Positions 44,542-53,500 of a stretch of DNA of 64,000 bases are shown here, piece by piece. The DNA comes from a virus. The notes beneath the pieces were generated by a model, which was given only the letters and a program-made list of their open reading frames with translations, did no database searches and was not told the origin of the DNA. The position numbers and the translations under genes were made by a program. Numbering within the stretch: position 1 is the stretch's first letter; each line of letters opens with the position of its first letter. The DNA is taken from positions 58,144 to 122,143 of the IMG/VR virus record IMGVR_UViG_3300037457_000038; one strand, given 5' to 3'.

Positions 44542-45611
44542 GAGTGGTCGTATTTCCTGCGGATCGGTGGGGATGTGGCAGTTTCCGCATGATTTGGCCT
44601 GGTGAGGCGCTGGCTGCGGCTGGGCACGATGTGCAGGTGGCGCGGCAGGGTGAGCGGCTGCGGCTGGTCATGGAACGCGACACGGTCAAGGACGTCCTCG
44701 TCGATGCCGACGTGGTGGTGTTGCAGCGGGTGACGCATGCGTGGATGGCGCAGGCTGTCGCGGTGATGCGGGCGAAGGGCGTCACGGTGGTTGTCGATGT
44801 GGACGACGACCTGAACTCCATTCATCCGCATAATGCGGCGTGGGGTCAGATGCACCCGTCCAATGAGGGCAGGCGTGGGACGGATGGGCAGGTGCACCGG
44901 CATTCGTGGCGGAACCTCAGCGCGGCGTGCCGTGCTGCGTCGTTGGTGACGGTGTCTGCGCCGGCGCTGCTGCCGGTGTATGCGGCGCACGGGCGGGGGC
45001 AGGTGTTGCACAACTATCTGCCGGATATGTACTACGGGCTGCCGCGCGAGGACAGCGATGTGATCGGCTGGCCGGGGTCGTTCCATTCGCATCCGGATGA
45101 TCCGCAGGTGGTGGGCGGTGCTGTCGCGCGTCTGGTGGGTGAGGGCGCCCAGTTCCGGATGATCGGTGACGCGTCGGGGGCTGGGGCTGCGTTTGGGTTG
45201 GGTGAGGATCCGCCGGGTGGTCCGGTGCCGATCGCAGAGTGGCCTCGCGCGGTCGCCTCGTTGGGGGTGGGGATGGCGCCGCTTGCTGACACGAAGTTCA
45301 ATAGGAGCAAGAGCTTTTTGAAGCCGATGGAGATGTGTGCGGCTGGTGTGCCATGGGTGGCGTCGCCGCGGGCGGAGTACGTGCGGCTGCACAAGATGGG
45401 CGCTGGGGTGCTCGCGGACCGGCCGCGCACGTGGTACCGGGAGCTGAAGCGGCTCCACGAGTCGGCTGCGTTGCGGCAGGAGATGACCGAGGCGGGGCGC
45501 GCGGTCGCCGAGCAGCTCAGGTTGTCGCAGCATGCGTGGCGCTGGCATGAGGCTTGGAGTCGGGCGTACGAGGTGCAGCAGGCTACGCCGCGCACGGCGG
45601 TCCCGGCGTAG
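44538..45611 (+). CDS. Glycosyltransferase (GT-B/GT4-like)
   Basis: GCGSFRM..P, VVLQR, DVDDD, IGW.GS..H..D, APL..T.FN.SKS.LK.E. Confidence 0.85.
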   Translation: MRVVVFPADRWGCGSFRMIWPGEALAAAGHDVQVARQGERLRLVMERDTVKDVLVDADVVVLQRVTHAWMAQAVAVMRAKGVTVVVDVDDDLNSIHPHNAAWGQMHPSNEGRRGTDGQVHRHSWRNLSAACRAASLVTVSAPALLPVYAAHGRGQVLHNYLPDMYYGLPREDSDVIGWPGSFHSHPDDPQVVGGAVARLVGEGAQFRMIGDASGAGAAFGLGEDPPGGPVPIAEWPRAVASLGVGMAPLADTKFNRSKSFLKPMEMCAAGVPWVASPRAEYVRLHKMGAGVLADRPRTWYRELKRLHESAALRQEMTEAGRAVAEQLRLSQHAWRWHEAWSRAYEVQQATPRTAVPA

Positions 45612-45617
45612 GGCTGC

Positions 45618-45902
45618 TCACCACAAGTTATAGAACCGGATCACCTTGACACGCTCCGGGATGTCCTCGGTCTTGACATCGATGACCTGGCGGTGATCGT
45701 CCTGCCAGTTCTGGTGCGGGATCTCGACTTCCTGTCCTTGCGGGTCGGGTTCCTCGCCGCCGAAGAACTCGTCAACCTCGTTGGGCACCTCAATCCCGGC
45801 GGCAGTGCACGCGTCGAGCACTGCCTTCATCTTCTGCCAGTGTTCGTCTGGCGGGACGAAGCCTTTGACGTGCGTGGACATACCCAATCGTTGCCGAGCC
45901 AT
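45618..45902 (-). CDS. Hypothetical protein
   Basis: ORF with typical codon usage; start uncertain. Confidence 0.65.
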   Translation of the reverse strand: MARQRLGMSTHVKGFVPPDEHWQKMKAVLDACTAAGIEVPNEVDEFFGGEEPDPQGQEVEIPHQNWQDDHRQVIDVKTEDIPERVKVIRFYNLW

Positions 45903-45942
45903 GGCGGCATCCTCGCACAGCGGTCCCGGCGTAGGGCTGGGC

Positions 45943-46488
45943 CTACTGAAAGTCCCTCGTCTTGATCTTCGCCATCGGCCCGTCAGGGTGGTGGTAGACC
46001 AGCCCCTCCCACTCGTGGCGCGCAAGGAAGTTCGCGATCTCGTCGTAGGTACGGATGTCGAGGCCGGGGGCGACGGTCTCTGCGGTCGCATGCCGGATGA
46101 GCGTGTGCCGGTCGAGGCCCTCCGGGTTGCCGTTTACCTTCGGGCCGCATAGTTCGTAGGTACCGTGCGGCCAGTCGCGCAGGATCTCGGCAGCTTCGGC
46201 GTGGTACTTCGCGAACGAGGACTGCTCGATGGGCTCCCAGCCCACTGTCTTGCCGGTGACCTCGTCGCGCTCGACGGGTGCATAGTTCGGAGGGGGCGTC
46301 TTCCCAGGCTTGACCTCACGGCGCGCCCACCACTCTCCGGACTCGTCGAGCAGCACGCATGTCCCGTCGTACTTGCGGGTCGCTACGCCGTACCCGTCCA
46401 TGACCCATTCGCAGCCGGGCGTGACCTCGGGCAGCACGTGGCGGCGGTCGTCAGGGTTACGGACGAAGAGGGTCGGGATCTTCTGCAT
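45943..46488 (-). CDS. RNA-ligase-like nucleotidyltransferase (DUF5565-like)
   Basis: ATRKYDGT (motif I), GTYELCG, EGLV, AKIK. Confidence 0.75.
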   Translation of the reverse strand: MQKIPTLFVRNPDDRRHVLPEVTPGCEWVMDGYGVATRKYDGTCVLLDESGEWWARREVKPGKTPPPNYAPVERDEVTGKTVGWEPIEQSSFAKYHAEAAEILRDWPHGTYELCGPKVNGNPEGLDRHTLIRHATAETVAPGLDIRTYDEIANFLARHEWEGLVYHHPDGPMAKIKTRDFQ

Positions 46489-46509
46489 CGGGCGATGCTC
46501 CTTCGCGGT

Positions 46510-46911
46510 TCAGGCTGCGGCCGATGGTAGCGGTGTAGCGGCGATCGGCTCCTCACGCACGTCGCGCACCCAGGAGATGCCGCAGGCGAGGCACAGTTCG
46601 TGCGGGTCGGTGTAGACCAGCGACGTGCCCAGGCACAGGGGGCATTTGGCGCGGGTACGGACGCGGCGCAGCTGGCTCCGCTGATACGTCGTGGTCCCGC
46701 CCCAGTAGCCTTCGGCGCGGTGGAGGGTGGCCCACAGCAGGCACTCCTGCCGCACGGGACATGCGCGGCACCACCGCTGCACCTCAGCGAGACTGGCCTC
46801 GGTCTCCTCATCGGGGACGAAGTCGAAATCGGCGGTGGCGCACGGCGCGTCTGCCTGCCATTCGGTGCCTTCGGCGCTGACCGCGTCGAGGATGCGCTTC
46901 TCGAAGTCCAC
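46510..46911 (-). CDS. WhiB-family transcription factor with C-terminal Zn ribbon
   Basis: WQADAPC...CRACPVRQEC...GYWGG. Confidence 0.85.
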   Translation of the reverse strand: MDFEKRILDAVSAEGTEWQADAPCATADFDFVPDEETEASLAEVQRWCRACPVRQECLLWATLHRAEGYWGGTTTYQRSQLRRVRTRAKCPLCLGTSLVYTDPHELCLACGISWVRDVREEPIAATPLPSAAA

Positions 46912-46915
46912 CTGC

Positions 46916-47170
46916 TTAGGGGCAGGGGGTGCCGTCGGCGATGGCCCACACGATGGCGGAGTCCTGGATGCACTGGCGGATGCGTCCGGTGTGGCGGAGC
47001 CGGTCGAGGGCGAGGTAGACGAGGCTTTTCTCCAGCCCCAGTTGGGTGGCGATGCTGTTGCGGGAGCGGGGCCCGTCAGCCAGGAGTGCGTAGATTTCTT
47101 CGTCGCGGGCGATGGTGTTGGCGGGCCGGGGCCTTCCTCGGCGTGGTGTGGGGGCGGTGGTGGTGGTCAT
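46916..47170 (-). CDS. Small winged-HTH protein
   Basis: SRNSIATQLGLEKSLVYLALDRLR..G. Confidence 0.7.
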   Translation of the reverse strand: MTTTTAPTPRRGRPRPANTIARDEEIYALLADGPRSRNSIATQLGLEKSLVYLALDRLRHTGRIRQCIQDSAIVWAIADGTPCP

Positions 47171-47232
47171 CGGCTCACCTCATTCGTGCAATCGTGTCAA
47201 CGTTGTCATGGTATCGGGGTGCACGAAAGACG

Positions 47233-47261
47233 GGCCTGCTCCGATGGTCCGGAGCAGGCCC
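47233..47261. terminator. Hairpin, copy 1 of a direct repeat flanking the NUDIX gene
   Basis: GGCCTGCTCC-gatggtcc-GGAGCAGGCC. Confidence 0.7.
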
Positions 47262-47293
47262 GAGGCGGTGTTGGGCGTAGCTGTCAACCAGGG

Positions 47294-47893
47294 TCACAGC
47301 AGCCCGGACAGCCGGGCCCGGTACAAGGCGGCCAGCGTGAACCCGTCGTTCATCAGACCGTCACGTACATGCTGCTCGGCCTGCTCCACAGTCCAGTACT
47401 CAGCCCTGCGGATCCCTTCGTGGTCACACAGAGTGCCGATGCTGTCGATCCTGGCCGCGTACAGCCACACGGCACCGGCCAGGATCCCTGTGTCGGGGTG
47501 GACCTCGCCCAGGTAGTGGAGCTGGGTGACGGTCGCGCAGATCTCCTCGGAGAGCTCGTCGGCGGCTGTCTGCTCAGCGCTCATGCCTACGGTGCCGAAA
47601 CCTCGGGGGATTTCCCAGTGCCAGGTGCGGGTGGAGTGCCGGAAATGGTCGACGACGACAATGCGGCCGTCGGGGAGGATCGGCAGGACGGCGCAGCCTT
47701 GGGTGAGGTCTGTGGTGATGATCCTGGTGTAGGTGCCTGCCCGGCCGTCGGGGAATCGGACAGGCTCGGCGAGGAGGGTGAAGTAGGGGTCTTGGTAGGC
47801 GACCCCGGTGTCGGTGGGGAGGAGGGTGATGCCGCCGGTCTCGTTGCGGAACATTTCGGGGTGCTGTTGCTGGTACTGGCTGTATGAGGTCAT
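47294..47893 (-). CDS. NUDIX hydrolase (ADP-ribose pyrophosphatase-like)
   Basis: WEIPRGFG...AADELSEEI (degenerate Nudix box), HPDTG. Confidence 0.8.
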   Translation of the reverse strand: MTSYSQYQQQHPEMFRNETGGITLLPTDTGVAYQDPYFTLLAEPVRFPDGRAGTYTRIITTDLTQGCAVLPILPDGRIVVVDHFRHSTRTWHWEIPRGFGTVGMSAEQTAADELSEEICATVTQLHYLGEVHPDTGILAGAVWLYAARIDSIGTLCDHEGIRRAEYWTVEQAEQHVRDGLMNDGFTLAALYRARLSGLL

Positions 47894-47954
47894 GGGGGAT
47901 CCTTTCCCGGTTGGGTGGTGGTGTGTGGGGGTGTGGCGGGGGCGTATGGGAGCT

Positions 47955-47983
47955 GGCCTGTTCTGATGGTCCGGAGCAGGCCC
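47955..47983. terminator. Hairpin, copy 2
   Basis: 27/29 identical to 47233-47261. Confidence 0.7.
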
Positions 47984-48006
47984 AAGAGGCGGCGGCGCGG
48001 GTGGGG

Positions 48007-48213
48007 TCAGTCGTCTTCCGGGCCTCGGAGCGAGGATTCCCTCACGAGTCGCAGCGTGCCGCCCCAGATCTCGTCAGTGAGGCTGTACAGCGGCTCGCCG
48101 TGGACGAGCTGCACGCCGGTGACGCGTTTGAAGCCGTGGCGGCGCCATTGGGTGCCGACGTAGTCGACGAGGTCGCCGTGCTGGAAGCGGGGGGCACGGG
48201 CGGTGGTGTCCAT
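48007..48213 (-). CDS. Hypothetical protein
   Basis: GAGGAG RBS; SH3-like pattern. Confidence 0.65.
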   Translation of the reverse strand: MDTTARAPRFQHGDLVDYVGTQWRRHGFKRVTGVQLVHGEPLYSLTDEIWGGTLRLVRESSLRGPEDD

Positions 48214-48269
48214 GTCGGGGCTCCTCGGTGGTGGGGGCCCGGCTGCGTGGCCGGGCCCCGGGGTGGTGG

Positions 48270-48464
48270 TCAGATGGCGCGCATGCCGTGCAGGCGGGGC
48301 GTGTTGGGTGCGTGGGTGCAGGTCTCACAGGCCCACTCATCGTTGTCGGCGTCGTAGATCCAGCCGAGTTCGGTGGTCTCGTCGGCGATCGCGGCGGCGG
48401 GGCAGTGGTCGCAGGTGACCAGTTCGATGGGGTCTGCGGCCAGGGTGGTGAGGGTGAGGGTCAT
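48270..48464 (-). CDS. Small Zn-ribbon protein
   Basis: CDHC...CETC; AGGAG RBS. Confidence 0.65.
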   Translation of the reverse strand: MTLTLTTLAADPIELVTCDHCPAAAIADETTELGWIYDADNDEWACETCTHAPNTPRLHGMRAI

Positions 48465-48553
48465 GATGGGTGCTCCTGTTCCGTGTGCGGGATAGGTAGG
48501 CCCGGGGCGGTGTCTGCTTGGCGGTAGGGGCCGCCCCGGGCGGCGGTTGATGG

Positions 48554-49039
48554 TCAGGACTGGCGCAGGCGCTTGCACTCGTCGCAGGTGACGTAGGCGA
48601 GGTTCTTGGCGTAACGGGTCTCGCCCCAGGCCATGTCCCACCCGGCCGGTGCACCGCACAGCGTGCGGCTGCCGTTCTCGCTGGGCCCGTATTGGACGCG
48701 GTAGAAGCTGTTACCCCACTTGCGGGCGATGCGCTGACGGATGTGGACGGGCGTGTCGTCGGGCTGTGGGGCGGGGTCCGTGGCGGCCTTGCGCTTGAAG
48801 AACGTCAGCGGGTCGGCACTGTCGCCGTTGTCGTCGAGGGCCACGAGCCACTCGTCGAACAGGTCGTCGCCGAGGCGGTTGTGGAGTTCGTGCATGATCC
48901 AGCCGCGTGTGATGGCGAGTTCCTGGGTGACGGTCGCGGCTTCGGTGATCATCCATGCGGTGCACAGTGCCTCGTCGTTGAGCTTGGCCACCATCGCCAG
49001 GCCCTCGGCGTCTGCCTGCTCTCGCGTCTTGTCGTCCAT
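48554..49039 (-). CDS. Hypothetical protein
   Basis: GGAG RBS; TLCG...VTCDEC. Confidence 0.7.
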   Translation of the reverse strand: MDDKTREQADAEGLAMVAKLNDEALCTAWMITEAATVTQELAITRGWIMHELHNRLGDDLFDEWLVALDDNGDSADPLTFFKRKAATDPAPQPDDTPVHIRQRIARKWGNSFYRVQYGPSENGSRTLCGAPAGWDMAWGETRYAKNLAYVTCDECKRLRQS

Positions 49040-49051
49040 GTCGTTCTCCGT

Positions 49052-49399
49052 TCAGGCGGCGAGCAGCAAGCGGGCTGCGAGCTGGTGGTAGCAGGTGCGG
49101 CCCTTGAGTCCGCCGGGGCAGTTGCAGTTGGTGGGGTGGGCGAGGTAGGTCTCGGTGCCGTCGGAGGAGACTGCGGCGAAGACGGTGGAGCGGAGGGGGA
49201 TGATCGCGCCGTCCTCGATGAGTTCGCGGGCGCTGTCGACCTGGTGGGTCTTGAAGTCGGTGAGGTCGGCGGCGGCGTTGCGGATCTTGGCGGCGCAGCC
49301 CTTGCCGTAGCCCCGGCGGATGCTGGCGGACGAGGTGAGGGTGCGACCGCAGCGAGCGCAAGTACCGGTGGTGGGTGCGGTGGTGGCTGCGGCGTTCAT
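49052..49399 (-). CDS. DUF6011-like plus SWIM zinc-finger protein
   Basis: CARCGRTLT..SI..GYG..C; CNC...CYH. Confidence 0.75.
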   Translation of the reverse strand: MNAAATTAPTTGTCARCGRTLTSSASIRRGYGKGCAAKIRNAAADLTDFKTHQVDSARELIEDGAIIPLRSTVFAAVSSDGTETYLAHPTNCNCPGGLKGRTCYHQLAARLLLAA

Positions 49400-49507
49400 G
49401 GTGTCCCCCTCGTTCGCTTCCTTGTGAGACCAATGTATGCCTACGCCGTTCCCATGTCAACACTGTAGGCACATTGCGTCCGCCTACATTGGTGGCATAC
49501 TGAGGTC

Positions 49508-49741
49508 ATGGCAGACAGCTACCAAGAGCAGCTCGAAGAGGTCCGCGCCATCGCGCGCCGGATCAAAGAGCGCGAACGCAAGAACGACGAGGACCGCGAC
49601 CGCATCCGCGCCCTCATCCCGCAGCTCTTCCCCGAGCCCAAGCCGTACCCGCGCGGCCGACTCAGCGAAGTCGTCGAAGCCACGGGCTACACGCGGGAGT
49701 ACGTTGCCCGTATCCGGGACGGGAAGGTGACGCCCTCATGA
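49508..49741 (+). CDS. Small DNA-binding regulator (leaderless)
   Basis: CATACT 6 nt before ATG; EVVEATGYTREYVARIR HTH. Confidence 0.75.
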   Translation: MADSYQEQLEEVRAIARRIKERERKNDEDRDRIRALIPQLFPEPKPYPRGRLSEVVEATGYTREYVARIRDGKVTPS

Positions 49742-50280
49742 CCACAGCGACCACCGAGCGCACCGCCCTCTACCGCTTCTACGACGCGGAGGGCTCGCTG
49801 CTGTACGTCGGGATCACCAAGAACTTCGGCCAGCGGTGGAGCAACCACGCCCAGAGCAAGCCATGGTGGCCTGAGTCGCAGAGCCACACCGCCGAGTGGT
49901 TCGAAACGCGGCGCGAAGCGGAGGTCGCCGAGAAGGAGGCCGTCATCTCGGAGGGCCCGAGGCACAACGTGGTCCACAAACCCAAGGCGCCCCGAGTGCC
50001 CGTACCGAGGCCAGCCCCGCGAGTGAAAACGTTGGTCGACCCGAACGCCGACTACTGGACCGTTGCCGACGTCGCCGACTACTGGGGCGTCACAGCGCAG
50101 ACCGTCCGTAGCTACCGATCCCGCAAGCGCGGCGAGCTCCCTGAGCCGGACAACGTCTTCGGCCGTTCTCCCGTCTGGAGACCTGCGACCATCATCAACT
50201 TCAAGCGGCCAGGCCAGGGCGCGCGAACTGACTTGGGGAAGCCGACCGCCGCTGAGCCCGGCGAGGGGAACAGCCGGTGA
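49738..50280 (+). CDS. GIY-YIG domain plus HTH protein
   Basis: ALYRFYD...LLYVGIT...R; WTVADVADYWGV..TVRSY. Confidence 0.8.
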   Translation: MTTATTERTALYRFYDAEGSLLYVGITKNFGQRWSNHAQSKPWWPESQSHTAEWFETRREAEVAEKEAVISEGPRHNVVHKPKAPRVPVPRPAPRVKTLVDPNADYWTVADVADYWGVTAQTVRSYRSRKRGELPEPDNVFGRSPVWRPATIINFKRPGQGARTDLGKPTAAEPGEGNSR

Positions 50281-50364
50281 GCGTCGCCGAGGTGGCGTCT
50301 GTGGCAGGCTGATGGTGGTGGAAGCGGAGCGGGGCGTCCCGGTGGGGGCGCCCCGCAGTCGTGT

Positions 50365-50397
50365 CCGGAGCTTTGGCCAACGATCCCGTGTGACACT
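50365..50397 (+). promoter_or_regulatory. Late promoter motif copy (CCGGA-N22-GACACT)
   Basis: Same spacing as the other copies. Confidence 0.45.
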
Positions 50398-50446
50398 GCC
50401 CGCGAGCCCCGCCACCCGCGCAGAACGGGGCCGGAGGGAGGACCCC

Positions 50447-50791
50447 ATGACCACCGCAGATACCACCGGAGTGGCCGCAGTCGACAGCCTCGTCGTGTGG
50501 TCCGTCGCCGCAGTGGCCATCGCTGCCGGGTTGGCGTTGCTGTGGCAGATCGCCCGCGCGGTGCTGCGCGGGCTGCGACGCCTGGACGACATGGCGGATG
50601 ACTGGTCGGGCACGCCGGCACGCCCGGGGGTGCCCGCCAGGCCGGGGGTGTTGGAGCGGTTGGACGGGATTGACCGGCGGGTGCAGCGGATTGAGTACGA
50701 GGTGTTGCCGAATGGTTCGTCGTCGATGCGGGATGCGGTTGACCGGACGGACAGGCGGACGGCGCGGTTGACGCCGGAGGGTGAGGAGTAG
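50447..50791 (+). CDS. Lysis-associated 1-TM coiled-coil membrane protein
   Basis: TM helix then RPGVLERL...PNGSSSMRDAVDR, typical of actinophage lysis cassettes. Confidence 0.7.
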   Translation: MTTADTTGVAAVDSLVVWSVAAVAIAAGLALLWQIARAVLRGLRRLDDMADDWSGTPARPGVPARPGVLERLDGIDRRVQRIEYEVLPNGSSSMRDAVDRTDRRTARLTPEGEE

Positions 50792-51004
50792 GCGGCTGAA
50801 CTACTAGTAGTACTAGTCGAGCTACCAGTTGATGCAGGTCTAGCAGATGCGCGCCCCGCTCGGCTTGGCCGGGCGGGGCGCTTCGTCGTGCCCGCCACCC
50901 GCACGCACGACGGCCCCCACCGTGTGATGGGGGCCGTACGGCTGTCGCTCCCGGGGCCGCCGGGGCTACGGTTCTGAGTGTCGAGTTCAGAACATGGAGC
51001 CAGT

Positions 51005-52249
51005 ATGCCCGAGCAGACCGACATGCACATCGGCGCACGCGTGCGGATCGCACGTAACGCCGCCGGACTCACCCAGCTGGAGATGGCCGGTCACCTGGGC
51101 CGCTCCGAGCACTGGGTACAAGACGTCGAGCGCGGACGCCTCCCGCTCGACCGCTACTCCCTGATCACCGCCATCGCCGAACTCACAGACGTCGACGTGG
51201 TGTGGCTGCTGGGCCAGCCGTACCGGCTTCAGCGGGGCGGCGGTGCCCACGCTCACGCCCACATCCCCGCGTTGCGTAACGGGTTGCGGCGCGCGGGGCT
51301 GATCCTCTCCGGGCATCCCGGTCTGACCCCGCAGGCGGTGGCCGCCGATGCCCGGCCGCTGGCTGCACGCGCGGAGAAAGCGAACCGGGCGCGGCAGGCC
51401 GCGAACCTGCCGAAGGTCGCGGATCTGCTGCCTGCGCTGATCGAAGACCTGAATACGGCGCTGCTCCTCGAGGTGGACGCTGGCCGGGAGGCCGCGCTGC
51501 GGCTGATGGCGGATGTGGCGCGTACGAGCCGGATGTGCCTCAACCAGCTCGGCTACCCGGATCTTGCGTGGGTGGCTGCTGAGGTCGCGGCGGGTGCTGC
51601 GACCGCGTTGGATGATCCGCTGGTGAAGGCTGCGGTGGCGTGGGACCGGTGCGGTGCGCTGCTGCACCAGGCGTCGCTGCCCGAGACGCTGGCGGTCGCT
51701 GATGCGGCGCTGCGCGACCTCGAGCCTCTGGCGACGGCGCGGCGCCCGGAGGATGCTGCGCTGTCGCTGCGGGGCGCGCTGATGCTGCGCGGGGCGATCG
51801 CCGCGGCGCGCGGATCCCGGTCCAAGGATGCCTGGGCGCGGATCGACGGGGCACTCGAGGATGCCGACCGGCTCGGCCCCGACTGGCATGACCTCGAGTG
51901 GCAGACAGTGTTCGGGCGGGGCACGGTGGCGGTGCACGCGGCCGAGGTGGGTGTTGAGGTGCAACAGCCGGACACGGGGCTGAAGAGGGTGCCCGATGTG
52001 AATGTCGGGGCGGTGCCGTCGAAGGAGCGGCGTACGCATTACGAGATCGATAAGGCGCGTGCGTTCCGGACGATGGGGAAGTTGCCGCAGGCGGTGACGA
52101 CGTTGCGGGCGGCAGCGCAGGGCGCGCCATACTACGTGTACGCCGATCCGATGTCGCGTGCGCTGGTGTCGGATTTGCTGCGGGTGGGGGTTCCCTCGCA
52201 GGCTGCGGCGTTGTCGTCGCTGGTCAGGAACATGGAGTTGGTGCAGTGA
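51005..52249 (+). CDS. XRE-family HTH regulator with helical (TPR-like) C-terminal domain
   Basis: GARVRIARNAAGLTQLEMAGHLGRSEHWVQDVERG. Confidence 0.85.
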   Translation: MPEQTDMHIGARVRIARNAAGLTQLEMAGHLGRSEHWVQDVERGRLPLDRYSLITAIAELTDVDVVWLLGQPYRLQRGGGAHAHAHIPALRNGLRRAGLILSGHPGLTPQAVAADARPLAARAEKANRARQAANLPKVADLLPALIEDLNTALLLEVDAGREAALRLMADVARTSRMCLNQLGYPDLAWVAAEVAAGAATALDDPLVKAAVAWDRCGALLHQASLPETLAVADAALRDLEPLATARRPEDAALSLRGALMLRGAIAAARGSRSKDAWARIDGALEDADRLGPDWHDLEWQTVFGRGTVAVHAAEVGVEVQQPDTGLKRVPDVNVGAVPSKERRTHYEIDKARAFRTMGKLPQAVTTLRAAAQGAPYYVYADPMSRALVSDLLRVGVPSQAAALSSLVRNMELVQ

Positions 52250-52360
52250 TGCGCCGGGTGTAGGTACCCCCAGGAATTCTGGGGGTCGTGGTCGTGGGTG
52301 TGCGTCAGGGTTCTGAGCACTATGACGCACAGCACACGCATAATCACGATGGGGGACGGC

Positions 52361-52942
52361 ATGCCGCTGCTGCCCGCACGCGACGCCGCAGCCTACGCCC
52401 GCGCCTACGCCTCGAGACTTAGTTGGCCAGTTGCTCCGGGGCACCGTCACCGGCCCCGGAGCGGATGCACCTGCCTCGACAGCGCCACGGCCAGAGACTG
52501 CCCGGCTTCGGGCGCGCACCCGCTGGCGACCTGGGCTGTAGGGGCTCGTGCGGACCGTATCGGGGAGGAGTTCGGGGCGCCCGGCGTGTCGGTGATCGCC
52601 CCGACGCAGGGATTCGACGCGGTGGTGTTGCCCCGGCAGATCGGCATGGCCGTCATGGTCACCCTCGACCGGCGGCGGACAGTGCCGTGCCTGACCCAGG
52701 GCGAAGATGCGGTGCTGTTGGTGCAGCCGGGCACGGGCGGCGTGTTGGAGATGTGCGACTCGAGCGTGTCGGTGCGGTCCGGCGCGGATCAGTGGACGGC
52801 TCTGCCGCCGTCTCATGGGGTGCGGTGGGATACCCCGCCGTGGCATGAGGTGACTGGGGTGCCGGTCCCTTTGGTGCACGGGCATGCGGTCAAGCCTGCT
52901 GTGTCTCAGGCGTTTCATCTTGCTGCGGGAGCGGCACGGTGA
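52361..52942 (+). CDS. Bifunctional primase/polymerase N-terminal-like protein (probably degenerate)
   Basis: WPVAPG...CTC...CP..GAHP...FDAV...LPPS. Confidence 0.7.
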   Translation: MPLLPARDAAAYARAYASRLSWPVAPGHRHRPRSGCTCLDSATARDCPASGAHPLATWAVGARADRIGEEFGAPGVSVIAPTQGFDAVVLPRQIGMAVMVTLDRRRTVPCLTQGEDAVLLVQPGTGGVLEMCDSSVSVRSGADQWTALPPSHGVRWDTPPWHEVTGVPVPLVHGHAVKPAVSQAFHLAAGAAR

Positions 52943-53124
52943 CGAGCCTGTACGTGCGGCGCACCGCCCGCATCCACCCACTACGGCCCCACATCGCCGA
53001 CGCGGAGCACATCGACGGCGACGCGACCGCCATCATCCGCCCCTACCTCGCCGAACAGGAGGCCGCCGACCCGGACGACACGCCCTGCTGGATCGGCGAC
53101 ATGCCCACAGGGAGCGCGCCATGA
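52939..53124 (+). CDS. Hypothetical protein
   Basis: IDGDATAIIRPYL; coupled to neighbours. Confidence 0.65.
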   Translation: MTSLYVRRTARIHPLRPHIADAEHIDGDATAIIRPYLAEQEAADPDDTPCWIGDMPTGSAP

Positions 53125-53288
53125 CCGAGGCATGCTTCTCGTGTCAGGAAGACATCCAGGACCCGGAGCCGGTAGGAGTTCAGGTCACCGCGGAGTCCGG
53201 GCCCGAAGGGCGGCCGCTGTACCGGTGCGCCGCCTGCACATCACAGGTCCACGCGATCACCGCCTCACTCCAGGGGTCTGTCCGGTGA
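53121..53288 (+). CDS. Small Zn-finger protein
   Basis: CFSC...SGP...LYRCAAC. Confidence 0.65.
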   Translation: MTEACFSCQEDIQDPEPVGVQVTAESGPEGRPLYRCAACTSQVHAITASLQGSVR

Positions 53289-53458
53289 GCGCTGACACGC
53301 AGCTGGCGGCGAACTGCCGCCTCGCCACCGAACACCCGGAGTACGCGGACGAGCATGAGCGGTGCCGGGGCACCACGACGGTGCAGGTTCCCGGCGGCTC
53401 GTTCACTGGGCAGCGCTGCGACTGCCCATGCCACCAGCGGCAGGCGTCGCCACCCTGA
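53285..53458 (+). CDS. Small Cys/His protein
   Basis: C...H..C...CDCPCH. Confidence 0.6.
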   Translation: MSADTQLAANCRLATEHPEYADEHERCRGTTTVQVPGGSFTGQRCDCPCHQRQASPP

Positions 53459-53500
53459 GACCGGCCCCGGCCGTCTGCGTCCCCCGCGCGGCGGCCGGGG

